Below, one piece after another: positions 51,031 through 63,014 of a stretch of 64,000 nucleotides of DNA. A program made the translations under genes and the position numbers. The stretch is from Laetmonice hystrix (taxonomy: Eukaryota). Under the pieces are notes generated by a model that saw only the letters and a program-made list of their open reading frames with translations, made no database searches and was not told where the DNA came from. Location of the stretch: positions 4,838,001-4,902,000 of the forward strand of contig OZ249436.1 in assembly GCA_965235115.1 (NCBI GenBank). The letters run 5' to 3'. Every line of letters begins with the position of its first letter. The first letter of the stretch is position 1.

Positions 51031-52072
51031 GGATTCTCTGGCTCCGTGGCAGAATTTATCTCCCTCAAGCATCGACGGTCGACCCGTTCCGTCTATCAGT
51101 CCCGATGGGCAGCCTTTGTCGCCTGGGCTGAGGACCGAAGGGTTGATGTCTCCGCTCCCTCTGTTTCGTCAGTACTTTCTACTGACCCAGTTTGACCGCG
51201 GACTGTCAGTATCGGCGGTCCGGGGGTATCGATCAGCTATGGCATCGACGGTGTCGGACTCGGAAGGTCAGTCCTTGTTCGTCTCGCCGGAGTTGAGTGC
51301 GCTCCTGCGGAGTTTTTTTCCCTGCATAGGCCGGTGGGGGCCAACAGGGCGCCTCTGTGGAATCTGGCTTTGGTTCTGGATTCCCTAACTCAGCCTCCCT
51401 TCGAGCCGCTAGGGTCGGTGGACCTTATATACACCTGACGTGGAAGGTGTTGTTCCTGGTGGCTCTAGCGTTGGGACGGAGGCGGTCTGAGTTGCATGCA
51501 TTCGGCGGGGCAGCTGAATACGTGCGGTTTGGGCGGCGGTATTCGGGGGTAACGCTTTAGTTCTTACCGCAGTTCATTCCTAAGAATCAGGATCCAGCGA
51601 TTCCTACCCTGGCGGTTTCCTTTCCGGCTTTGTCCCCTGAGGTGGGCCAACATGATGCTGAGCGGCTCCTTTGTCCTGTGAGAGCTCTCAGATTCTACCT
51701 GACTAGGACAGCAGATCGGCGAGCGATGTCAGAACGGTTATTTGTCTCTGATGATGACCGGGTTCGTATAAAGACATTGCGCCAGCTTCTCTGTCCCGCT
51801 GGCGATGCGAGACGGTAAGGCAAGCTTATGACACCGCCTCGCCAGATCAGTTGACTGTCTGCCAGGTGAGGGCGCACGAGGTAAGGACGTTGTCAGCTTC
51901 TTGGGCTCATTTTAACGGGGTAAGTGTTGGGGACATCATGAAGGCTGCTTACTGGCGGGCGGAGTCTACGTTCACTAAGTACTACCTCCGCCAGATGTGT
52001 GGTCAACGTGATGAGCTCTACAGTCTGGGGCCGGTGGTGGCGGCTCAGACAGTGGTATCCGGGACGCGGTAG
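51030..52072 (+). pseudogene. Tyrosine recombinase of DIRS element B, frameshifted
   Basis: STRSVYQSRW; ALALGRRRSELHA (catalytic R); LCPVRALRFYL; HEVR; AAYW; FTKYY. Interrupted by stops and frameshifts. Confidence 0.9.
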
Positions 52073-52974
52073 GCGTCTACCGGGGGGAGGGGGGAGGGGG
52101 GGGGAGTGCGAGTGGGATCAGAAAAGCGGAACACTCGAGGGGGAGATGTAGGACGGTGGATCGGGAAGTCCGGAGAAATAGGAACTATTCCGGACAACAG
52201 GATCCTCTTACAATAAAGAAATTTTAGGTAAATTGTTTTACCTCCTCCCATGCTTAGCACTCGTATCTCATTATGTTATTAAGTTATGAGGTAAGGGAGC
52301 GTATGACCTTAACCAATACAGTTTTAGGGATAAACTGTTTGTTAAGGAATACGCGTACTTACCTCATAACAGTACAACCCTCCCTCCGTCCCCCCATTTT
52401 CTTTTGGGGGTCAGACAAAAATGTGACTAGCTAGCCAGCTCAAATGGGCCGGGTGGTGACGTCATCAGGTGGGAGGGGGCTGCGCGGTCACCGCGCAGCC
52501 GCAGAAGGAAAATTTCTGACCATTGGCTAAAAGACTAGCAATAAATCTCATTATGTTATTAAGTTATGAGGTAAGTACGCGTATTCCTTAACAAACAGTT
52601 TATCCCTAAAACTGTATTGTTCATCACAGTCAGTACGTGTATGCGGACAGTACGTGAGATATATTTTCATCACAGTCAGTACGTCAATGCCGACTGCTTT
52701 CTCTGAGACGTGTGTCATTACACACGTCTCACCCAACGCTCTTGGACTGATGAGTTCGCGCAGAAATCCATACCACACGAATAGAAAACGTCAGCCATGG
52801 TTGGGCTCATGATGAAACATGCAGTGACTGAGTGGGTGTGTTTAAAACAAGACTCCTTGGGTATCGGTCACCGACCCTGCCTACTCTTTGCCATGCTGAT
52901 CGGAGAAGGGAATCCAAGAAATTTGAAGTGCGCAAAAAATATGTGCTTGGTGAAATTAAATAACGCATTGTGTG

Positions 52975-55562
52975 ACAACACAGTGGATAAGATTGGTACT
53001 CGATGGGCGAGGGTGTGTGGCCGTGTTACAACACGGTGGGTAAGATTGGTACTTGATGGGTCAGGGTGTGTGGCCGTGTTACAACACGGTGGGTAAGATT
53101 GGTACTCGATGGGTCAGGGTGTGTGGCCGTGTTACAACACGGTGGATAAGATTGGTACTCGATGGGTCAGGGTGTGTGGCCGTGTTACAACACGGTGGAT
53201 AAGATTGGTACTCGCTGGGCGAGGGTGTGTGGCCGTGTTACAACACAGTGGATAAGATTGGTACTCGCTGGGCGAGGGTGTGTGGCCGTGTTACAACACG
53301 GTGGATAAGATTGGTACTCGATGGGCGAGGGTGTGTGGCCGTGTTACAACACAGTGGATAAGATTGGTACTCGATGGGTCAGGGTGTGTGGCCGTGTTAC
53401 AACACCGTGGATAAGATTGGTACTCGATGGGTGAGGGTGTGTGGCCGTGTTACAACACGGTGGATAAGATTGGTACTCGGTGGGCGAGGGTGTGTGGCCG
53501 TGTTACAACACGGTGGATAAGATTGGTACTCGATGGGTGAGGGTGTGTGGCCGTGTTACAACACGGTGGATAAGATTGGTACTCGCTGGGCGAGGGTGTG
53601 TGGCCGTGTTACAACACGGTGGATAAGATTGGTACTCGCTGGGCGAGGGTGTGTGGCCGTGTTACAACACGGTGGATAAAGCCCCAGTCCCACCAAAGCC
53701 GAATTAGCTACGACGTGTCACGATCTGATAAATCGTGTAGAATCGGGAAAGGTCCTAACTCGGTCGTAGAGTAGTCTTGATAGATCCTCATAGGTCGCGA
53801 CAATTGTGAACTGTTCAAGATCGGGGCTATATCGTAGGTCAAACGTTGCTCAGTCGGGAATATAGTCGGGGAATAATCGGGATAGTTCGTTGTTCAGTCC
53901 TGGTTTATCGTAGGAAAATTGCCAAAAAAGTCCCACCAAAGCCGATTGTACTACGTTCCATGCCGTTCTATCAAGATCTAAAATTTATTTTAAGTCGTGA
54001 TGAAATAATGACAACCCGAAGACCTAGCTACGAATTGCCACGTTCAACGGCGACTGGGCAACGGTTTTCCAAAGATCTCTCAACGATCACGATGCGTGCT
54101 ATCATGTTCTATCTCGACATCCCCCCGACCTTCCCGACCGAGAAACAACTTAGCAACGTTCTCTGCCGACCTATGCAGATTGAGCTACGTCCTATCAAGA
54201 ACCCGACCCGATGTTTGACCAACGATGTAGCAACGTTCTATGCCGTCTGGGCCCCAGCCGAGCGACGACCTGTCCCGATGACCTCAGGGCTAGATCTAGG
54301 AAATGTCTGGCGATTGTCCTACGATCAACCAGGACTGAACAACGAACTATCCCGATTGTCCCCCGACTATTCCCGACTGAGCAACGTTTGACCTACGGTA
54401 TATCCCCGATTTGAGCTTTTTCCCGACCAGTGCCGATTGTTTTGAACAGTTTAAAATTGTCGGGGTGCAATCGTGGCCTATCCCGACCTATGGGGATCTA
54501 TCAAGACTACTGTACGACCGAGTTAGGACCTTTCCCGATTCTACACGATTTATCAGATCGTGACACATCGTAGCTAATTCGGCTTTGGTGGGACTGGGGC
54601 TTTAGCCCTGATCTAGACCAGATGTCATCGGGACAGGTCGTAGCTCGGCTGGGGCACGGCATAGAACGTTGCTACATCGTTTGTCAATCTTGGTATAGGT
54701 CGCCATACATCGGCCCGGGATCTTGAGAGGTCGAAGCTCAATCTGCATAGGTCGGCAGTGAACGTTGCTTTAGTCGTTGCGCTGTCGGGAAGGTCGGGCC
54801 GATTTCGGGATAGAACATGATAGATTCGTAGCTAGCTCTTCGGGTTGTCGTGATTTTATCACGATTCATCACGACTTAAACTAAATTTCAGATCTTGATA
54901 TAACGGCATAGAACGTCGTACAATCGGCTTTGGTGGGCCTGGGGCTTAAGATTGGTACTCGCTGGGCGAGGGTGTGTGGCCCTGTTACAACACAGTGGAT
55001 AAGATTGGTACTCGATGGGCGAGGGTGTGTGGCCGTGTTACAACACAGTGGATAAGATTGGTACTCGCTGGGCGAGGGTGTGTGGCCCTGTTACAACACA
55101 GTGGATAAGATTGGTACTCGATGGGTGAGGGTGTGTGGCCGTGTTACAACACAGTGGATAAGATTGGTACTCGATGGGTCAGGGTGTGTGGCCCTGTTAC
55201 AACACAGTGGATAAGATTGGTACTCGATGGGCGAGGGTGTGTGGCCGTGTTACAACACCGTGGATAAGATTGGTACTCGATGGGTGAGGGTGTGTGGCCG
55301 TGTTACAACACGGTGGATAAGATTGGTACTCGATGGGCGAGGGTGTGTGGCCGTGTTACAACACCGTGGATAAGATTGGTACTCGATGGGTGAGGGTGTG
55401 TGGCCGTGTTACAACATGGTGGATAAGATTGGTACTCGCTGGGCGAGGGTGTGTGGCCGTGTTACAACACAGTGGATATGATCGGTACTCGATGGATCAG
55501 GGTGTGTGGCCGTGTTACAACACGGTGGATAAGATTGGTACTCGTTGGGTGAGGGTGTGTGT
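52975..55562. repeat. 53-bp minisatellite interrupted by the MITE at 53680-54946
   Basis: acaacacggtggataagattggtactcgatgggcgagggtgtgtggccgtgtt on both sides of the insertion. Confidence 0.96.
53680..54946. mobile_element. Harbinger-like MITE containing an inverted copy of itself (53930-54601)
   Basis: TIR agccccagtcccaccaaagccga / tcggctttggtgggcctggggct. TAA TSD (53677-79 and 54947-49) whose removal restores the satellite sequence ggataagattgg. Internal A-B-A'-B' arrangement. Confidence 0.85.
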
Positions 55563-56134
55563 GACTGTGGACATTACCGTCAGCAAAATGGATCTCGCAA
55601 CAGAGGTACTATTTAGGTTGTTAACATAACCAAATCTTAACACGCACCTGTCATTTTTGCTTTTTTCCTGTGGGAATCATAATAGAGCCAGCTTGAATAA
55701 TTTGTCAAACTCCCTTAATAATATTAAAACACAAGGCCAGGCGAATGTGAGGGTATGTGAGTTACTTCACCAGTGTGTGTGGGTGTCGTGGTGGTCTTCG
55801 GGTAGGAGTGTGTATGGAGAACGGATGATCCACAATTTGCTCAATTATGATTTTAACTTCACTAAAAATGTTTCAAAGTTCTCTGATGATTCCGCTGCAG
55901 TGGTTGTCACATTCCGAATAATTATGTCACTGATTCTCTGACACCGCGTCTATTTCTAGATTTTCTCATTATAATCTTATTTTCTTTTTTACTCCCTCAA
56001 TTTGAGTGGCGGGAAACCTTTGGTGTTGTCCCTAAAAACCAGCTGGGCTGATCCTAAAACTGGGAGCCGAGCTTTATGCCTATATATCGAGGTTCGAGTT
56101 CGAGGTTCAGGGTGACCAATGGTCAGGCTGGGTA

Positions 56135-56350
56135 AGATCGCAGACCCTCTCAGCAATGACTGCATGAGATCGCAGACCCTCTCAGCAATGACTGCATGAG
56201 ATCGTAGGCCCTCTCAGTAATGACTGCATGAGATCGTAGACCCTCTCAGCAATGACTGCATGAGATCGCAGGCCCTCTCAGCAATGACTGTATACGAGAT
56301 CCTAGGCCCTCTCAGCAATGACTGTATACGAGATCCTAGGCCCTCTCAGC
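56135..56350. repeat. 32-34-bp minisatellite
   Basis: Unit agatcgcagaccctctcagcaatgactgcatg. Confidence 0.92.
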
Positions 56351-56416
56351 TCTCAGGCTCAAGCTGGATGAGAAGTGACAGGTTATTTCAGAGGGGTTAG
56401 CCAAGCCACCAGCTCC

Positions 56417-56650
56417 GTGAACACATCTTACAAGGTATTACGGAAGGCCGGCCTCACTCGTATGGTGAACACATCTTACAATGTATTACGGAAGGCCGGC
56501 CTCACTCGTATGGTGAACATATCATACAATGTATTACAGAAGGCCGGCCTCACTCGTATGGTGAACATATCATACAATGTATTACGGAAGGCCGGCCTCA
56601 CTCGTATGGTGAACACATCTTACAAGGTATTACGGAAGGCTGGCCTCGCT
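56417..56650. repeat. 48-bp minisatellite, about 5 copies
   Basis: Unit gtgaacacatcttacaatgtattacggaaggccggcctcactcgtatg. Confidence 0.93.
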
Positions 56651-56839
56651 CCGGTCCTAAACATGCTGCTTCTTTGTTGTCCTAAGTAGGTCGAGCATAT
56701 TTCCTCACTGAACTGCCAATAAACGGGAGACGTATGTATATGGGCAGCAGTCATTTGTGAAAAGAAAGCAATGACCTGAATTGTGTGTATTTTACATGTA
56801 CACACAGAGGTGAACGCCTGACAAAGTGTCCGAGCCATT

Positions 56840-59800
56840 TACGGGGCAGGGAGGTTCAGTCAGGTACGGGGCAGGGAGGTTCAGTCAGGGACGGGGCAGG
56901 GAGGTTTAGGTCAGGTACGGGGCAGGGAGGTTCAGTCAGGTACGGGGCAGGGAGGTTCAGTCAGGGACGGGGCAGGGAGGTTCAGTCAGGTACGGGGCAG
57001 GGAGGTTCGGGTCAGGTATGGGGCAGGGAGGTTCAGTCAGGGACGGGGCAGGGAGGTTCAGTCAGGTACGGGGCAGGGAGGTTCAGTCAGGGACGGGGCA
57101 GGGAGGTTCAGTCAGGTACGGGGCAGGGAGGTTCAGTCAGGTACGGGGCAGGGAGGTTCAGTCAGGGACGGGGCAGGGAGGTTCAGTCAGGGACGGGGCA
57201 GCGAGGTTCAGTCAGGTATGGGGCAGGGAGGTTCAGTCAGGTACGGGGCAGGGAGGTTCAGTCAGGTACGGGGCAGGGAGGTTCAGTCAGGGACGGGGCA
57301 GGGAGGTTCAGTCAGGGACGGGGCAGGGAGGTTCAGTCAGGTACGGGGCAGGGAGGTTCAGTCAGGGACGGGGCAGGGAGGTTCAGTCAGGGACGGGGCA
57401 GGGAGGTTCAGGTCAGGTACGGGGCAGGGAGGTTCAGTCAGGTACGGGGCAGGGAGGTTCAGTCAGGGACGGGGCAGGGAGGTTCAGTCAGGTACGGGGC
57501 AGGGAGGTTCAGTCAGGGACGGGGCAGGGAGGTTCAGTCAGGGACGGGGCAGGGAGGTTCAGTCAGGTACGGGGCAGGGAGGTTCAGTCAGGGACGGGGC
57601 AGGGAGGTTCAGTCAGGTACGGGGCAGGGAGGTTCAGTCCGGTACGGGGCAGGGAGGTTCAGGTCAGGTATGGGGCAGGGAGGTTCAGTCAGGGACGGGG
57701 CAGGGAGGTTCAGTCAGTACGGGGCAGGGAGGTTCAGTCAGTACGGGGCAGGGAGGTTCAGTCAGGGACGGGGCAGGGAGGTTCAGTCAGGGACGGGGCA
57801 GGGAGGTTCAGTCAGGGACGGGGCAGGGAGGTTCAGTCAGGTACGGGGCAGGGAGGTTCAGTCAGGTACGGGGCAGGGAGGTTCAGTCAGGTACGGGGCA
57901 GGGAGGTTCAGTCAGGGACGGGGCAGGGAGGTTCAGTCAGGTACGGGGCAGGGAGGTTCAGTCAGGTACGGGGAGGGAGATTCAGTCAGGTACGGGGAGG
58001 GAGGTTCAGTCAGGGACGGGGAAGGGAGGTTCAGGTCAGGTATGGGGCAGGGAGGTTCAGTCAGGTACGGGGCAGGGAGGTTCAGTCAGGGACGGGGCAG
58101 GGAGGTTCAGTCAGGGACGGGGCAGGGAGGTTCAGGTCAGGTATGGGGCAGGGAGGTTCAGTCAGGTATGGGGCAGGGAGGTTCAGTCAGGGACGGGGCA
58201 GGGAGGTTCAGTCAGGGACGGGGCAGGGAGGTTCAGTCAGGGACGGGGCAGGGAGGTTCAGTCAGGGACGGGGCAGGGAGGTTCAGTCAGGTACGGGGCA
58301 GGGAGGTTCAGTCAGGTACAGGGCAGGGAGGTTCAGTCAGGTACGGGGCAGGGAGGTTCAGGTCAGGTATGGGGCAGGGAGGTTCAGTCAGGGACGGGGC
58401 AGGGAGGTTCAGTCAGGGACGGGGCAGGGACGGGGCAGGGAGGTTCAGTCAGGTACGGGGCAGGGAGGTTCAGGTCAGGGACGGGGCAGGGACGGGGCAG
58501 GGAGGTTCAGTCAGGTATGGGGCAGGGAGGTTCAGTCAGGGACGGGGCAGGGAGGTTCAGTCAGGTATGGGGCAGGGAGGTTCAGTCAGGTATGGGGCAG
58601 GGAGGTTCAGTCAGGTATGGGGCAGGGAGGTTCAGTCAGTACGGGGCAGGGAGGTTCAGTCAGGGACGGGGCAGGGAGGTTCAGTCAGGTACGGGGCAGG
58701 GAGGTTCAGTCAGTACGGGGCAGGGAGGTTCAGTCAGGTACGGGGCAGGGAGGTTCAGTCAGGTACGGGGCAGGGAGGTTCAGTCAGTACGGGGCAGGGA
58801 GGTTCAGTCAGGTACGGGGCAGGGAGGTTCAGTCAGGTATGGGGCAGGGAGGTTCAGTCAGGTACGGGGCAGGGAGGTTCAGTCAGGTACGGGGCAGGGA
58901 GGTTCAGTCAGTACGGGGCAGGGAGGTTCAGTCAGGGACGGGGCAGGGAGGTTCAGTCAGGTATGGGGCAGGGAGGTTCAGTCAGGGACGGGGCAGGGAG
59001 GTTCAGTCAGGGACGGGGCAGGGAGGTTCAGTCAGGTATGGGGCAGGGAGGTTCAGTCAGGTACGGGGCAGGGAGGTTCAGTCAGGTATGGGGCAGGGAG
59101 GTTCAGTCAGGGACGGGGCAGGGAGGTTCAGTCAGGGACGGGGCAGGGAGGTTCAGTCAGGTACGGGGCAGGGAGGTTCAGTCAGGGACGGGGCAGGGAG
59201 GTTCAGTCAGGTACGGGGCAGGGAGGTTCAGTCAGGGACGGGGCAGGGAGGTTCAGGTCAGGTATGGGGCAGGGAGGTTCAGTCAGGTACGGGGCAGGGA
59301 GGTTCAGTCAGGGACGGGGCAGGGAGGTTCAGGTCAGGTATGGGGCAGGGAGGTTCAGTCAGGTACGGGGCAGGGAGGTTCAGTCAGGGACGGGGCAGGG
59401 AGGTTCAGTCAGGGACGGGGCAGGGAGGTTCAGTCAGGTACGGGGCAGGGAGGTTCAGTCAGGTACAGGACAGGGAGGTTCAGTCAGGTACGGGGCAGGG
59501 AGGTTCAGGTCAGGTATGGGGCAGGGAGGTTCAGTCAGGGACGGGGCAGGGAGGTTCAGTCAGGGACGGGGCAGGGACGGGGCAGGGAGGTTCAGTCAGG
59601 TACGGGGCAGGGAGGTTCAGGTCAGGGACGGGGCAGGGACGGGGCAGGGAGGTTCAGTCAGGTATGGGGCAGGGAGGTTCAGTCAGGTATGGGGCAGGGA
59701 GGTTCAGTCAGGTACGGGGCAGGGAGGTTCAGTCAGGTACGGGGCAGGGAGGTTCAGGTCAGGGACGGGGCAGGGAGGTTCAGTCAGGGACGGGGCAGGG

Positions 59801-59870
59801 AGGTTCAGTCAGGTACGGGGCAGGGAGGTTCAGTCAGGGACGGGGCAGGGAGGTTCAGTCAGGTACGGGG
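56840..59870. repeat. G-rich 25-bp minisatellite, about 120 copies
   Basis: acggggcagggaggttcagtcagg(g/t), with 24- and 26-bp variants. Confidence 0.97.
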
Positions 59871-60462
59871 TTGGCTTGGAGGAAATGAAGAGAAAGTAGG
59901 AGAGGAAAGAAGGTCAGAAATGTGTTGGCGGTGGGGAAGAAATGGACGGGGAAGAAAGAGAGAGATGTGTTTGAGGCGGGAGAAGAAAGGAAGACGAGGG
60001 AGATTCAGAAAATGAGATTTGGAAGGTTGGGAAAGAGTAAAAGGAACATGTGGACAGAAATAAGAACGACAGCTGTTGAAGTGGGAGAGCGACTAATTTT
60101 TTTATATTCTGTTAGTAAATTCGTAATTTTAGGGGCGTGTTATTTCCGTGAGATAGGGGTGGAGATGATCATGATACAAGGGAAGTTAGATCATAAAACT
60201 TTTCTAGAATATAGTGTAGTACCTCGTCAAGGACCGGGCCCGCACGGAAACTGGGGGTGGGAAGAGAAAAAGTTAATTAGTTTTTACAATGAAGTACCTT
60301 TCCAGTTTTACTTGTCTGCAGATATAGAAACAAGTTAGATTGGAAGCCCGGGATTTATTTGGGTTTTCTTTGCCTTGGTGGGCAAAGGCCAGAAGTCTTT
60401 GAGCTGTTTTGAGCGCAATGGAAATGAAATGAAATAATGGTTGGTTTCTGTGGTTGTTGCAG

Positions 60463-60655
60463 GTGTTCAACATCTACATGGCGGGACGCCACCTGTGTTC
60501 ACGTAGGTACCGAGAGTTTGCTTCCCTTCACGGCCAACTAAAGCGGGAGTTTGCTGACTTCAACTTCCCCAAGATGCCGGGAAAGTGGCCCTTCCAACTC
60601 TCTGAACAACAGCTCGACGCTCGGCGGAGGGGCCTCGAACAGTATCTGGAGAAAG
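60463..60655 (+). CDS. SNX27: SNX27-like exon, PX domain core ([19 protein letters not shown]...[30 protein letters not shown])
   Basis: Acceptor gttgcag| and donor |gtacat. PX motifs RRYREF, FPKxPGKW and [12 protein letters not shown]. Confidence 0.95.
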
Positions 60656-61525
60656 GTACATTAACCAAGAGAAAAAACCTTCATTAAAGACTGAAATGTT
60701 TAATTTTTAACAGAAACCCCATGGGGAACCATTGGCTGACAACAACAAAAAAGGACCAAAAGAATTGCTGATCTTGCACATGCAAGATAACATGACCATA
60801 TTGGACACATTTAAAACTGCAGTAACTGTAGATCTGAGGACTGTTTGTAAAGAAGGAGGTCGTGATATCGGAAAAAAACCAGCCAGGAATTCTACCACAT
60901 CAAATGTAATGAACTGGTACTATTCTCCAAAATCGGACTGGTGTTAAATACTGCTGGGTTGACGAGTACTCTATTAGGTTCTCATGAAATCCCAGAATTA
61001 GACAAGTGTGCCAACGCTCAGGGACGTAGTCTTACTAACAAGGGGAAAGTAGAATCTTTATCCTTGCTGGTTGCATGCAAACTTTGCTAATGAATGGGAA
61101 TTGGAATTGTGATAGGATGGATGGCGAAGTGAAGTGTCTGTAGCTTGAATGAAATGCTAAACGTGAATGGAGGAAAATGTAGCAAGGTTTTGTGGTATGG
61201 TGTAATTACTATGATACCTCACACTAATAGGTATTTCCATGGCAACGGTCTTCAGTCTCTGGGCATGTTATTACGGTTTATGATATAGAAAGGGCGAAAA
61301 AATGATCCATATATGAGAGCTATAGTACGTCAGGATGATGGGCAACTAATGGGCCCTAAGGAAACCAGGCCGATCTCTGCTCACTACAGGGGCCACCTAG
61401 TGGTGGGATGGGAACACTATACAGATGGCTGTAAGTAGAACGGCTGAAATCAAATTGTTTGTAGATAAGGAGACATGCGAGTAGAAGGAGAGCAGAAGTT
61501 GACATTTGTGGAACATGTTTTTCAG

Positions 61526-61605
61526 TGTGTGCTGTTCGAGTAATTGCCGAGAGTGATATCATGCAGGAGTTCCTGTCAACGACAGAAGACGAGCATGTCG
61601 GATCG
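61526..61605 (+). CDS. SNX27: SNX27-like exon, PX domain end (VCAVRVIAESDIMQEFLSTTEDEHVGS)
   Basis: Acceptor tttttcag| and donor |gtaagt. The phase-1 join restores V, and the peptide matches SNX27 VCSIRVIGESDIMQEFL. Confidence 0.92.
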
Positions 61606-61929
61606 GTAAGTCTAGCCTCACTTCTAATCAATAGAAAATGAAAGATTCACTCTCATAGAGCACTTCCCAAAATTAAAATATGAGGCCCTGAAAAGAATTG
61701 CATGTGTTTGATGATATGGACTTTTTTCTTTAATCCATTATAGGTTATTGCACTGACAGTTTAGTGTACTGGTAAAAGAGACGAATTTGACTAGTGACAA
61801 AGTGCTTTATGTAATGATCTCTGACCCTGTTCTCTCAGGGCTCACTTTGAGCTCTGCATCCTTTGTTAACGTAATGGACGAACACAAGATGAGCTCTGTG
61901 ATCGTTGTCATGGTGAGGGATGACATCAG

Positions 61930-62178
61930 GGCCCGGTTGTTTACTTTTCCACCGTGAGCAAGGGTGAGCTGAGCTGAGCAAGGGTGAACAGAAGCTCATG
62001 CTTACCGTTTTGCTCACTGTTTTCGTTTTTTTTGGGTGGTTTTCCGCGAGCTTGCTCACCATGAGCATGCCTCATGGAAAAAAGGCAGGAAAACCGTGAG
62101 AATGAGTTCATGCTCACCCTTGCTCAGCTCAGCTCACCCTTGCCCACGGTAGAAAAGTAAACAAAAAAAAAACGGGCC
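61930..62178. mobile_element. Harbinger-like MITE with CAG TSD
   Basis: About 60-bp imperfect TIRs (ggcccg..gtttacttttc..gcaagggtgagctgagctgagcaagggtga). CAG on both flanks. Confidence 0.8.
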
Positions 62179-62292
62179 CAGAGCTTACTGTGAGCTCTGT
62201 ACGCGTTGTCATGGTAATGACCGAGCCCTGTGTGAGCTCTGTCTCCGTTGTCATGGTGATGGAATACCATAGCTGATGTTGGGTAGTGCAGG

Positions 62293-62767
62293 TGAATACG
62301 ACTCATGTCGTGAGAAGTGGTCGTGAATACGACTCATGTCGTGAGAAGTGGTTGTGAATATGACTCGTGTCGTGAGAAGTGGTCGTGAATATGACTCGTG
62401 TCGTGAGAAGTGGTTGTGAATACGACTCGTGTGGTGAGAAGTGGTCGTGAATACGACTCGTTTGGTGAGAAGTGGTCGTGAATACGACTCGTGTGGCGAG
62501 AAGTAGTCGTGAATACGGCTCGTGTCGTGAGAAGTAGTCGTGAATACGACTCGTTTAGTGAGAAGTGGTCGTGAATACGACTCGTGTGGCGAGAAGTGGT
62601 CGTGAATATGACTCGTGTCATGAGAAGTGGTCGTGAATACGACTCGTGTGGTGAGAAGTAGTCTTGAATACGACTCGTGTGGCGAGAAGTGGTCGTGAAT
62701 ACGACTCGTGTGGTGAGAAGTGGTCGTGAATATGACTCGTGTGGTGAGAAGTGGTCGTGACTCGTGA
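62293..62767. repeat. 31-bp minisatellite
   Basis: Unit gtgaatacgactcgtgtggtgagaagtggtc. Confidence 0.95.
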
Positions 62768-63014
62768 AAAGCAAGAGCGTTCAGGTCGTTATCACCACCA
62801 GTCTGAACTCGTTTTCGGACGGTCCAGGTGAAGGTCACAAAGTCGGTGCTTCCAAGAACCTCTGAGTTCACGAGTGGTGTTCACCAGCCGTAATACCGTT
62901 CAGGAAGAAATTCAGGAGTCAGGAATCAGGAGTCGGAACTCGTATACGACTCGTGAGCTCGTTACCGAACGCAGCATGACTATCAGCTGTGTATAGTTGT
63001 CATGATAATGTGGG

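Larger units (their letters stand above)
46648..52619 (+). mobile_element. DIRS1-like tyrosine-recombinase retrotransposon (element B, about 6.0 kb)
   Basis: Left ITR 46648-46831 is inverted at 52409-52575, with a right extension at 52576-52619 and an ICR at 52265-52370. Remnants follow the gag, RT, RNase H, MT, YR order. Inserted in a 46-bp satellite. Confidence 0.95.

Noticed and set aside
52720..52795. Possible hammerhead ribozyme (CTGATGAG ... GAAA)
   Set aside because: Stem II is not followed directly by GAAA, and stems I and III cannot be closed in register.
53846..54391. 181-aa ORF inside the MITE as a transposase
   Set aside because: No recognisable DDE or Myb motifs, and it spans the nested-insertion junction.
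56785..60015. 1076-, 956- and 893-aa Gly/Arg-rich ORFs
   Set aside because: Translations of a 25-bp satellite open in all frames, lying inside an SNX27 intron.
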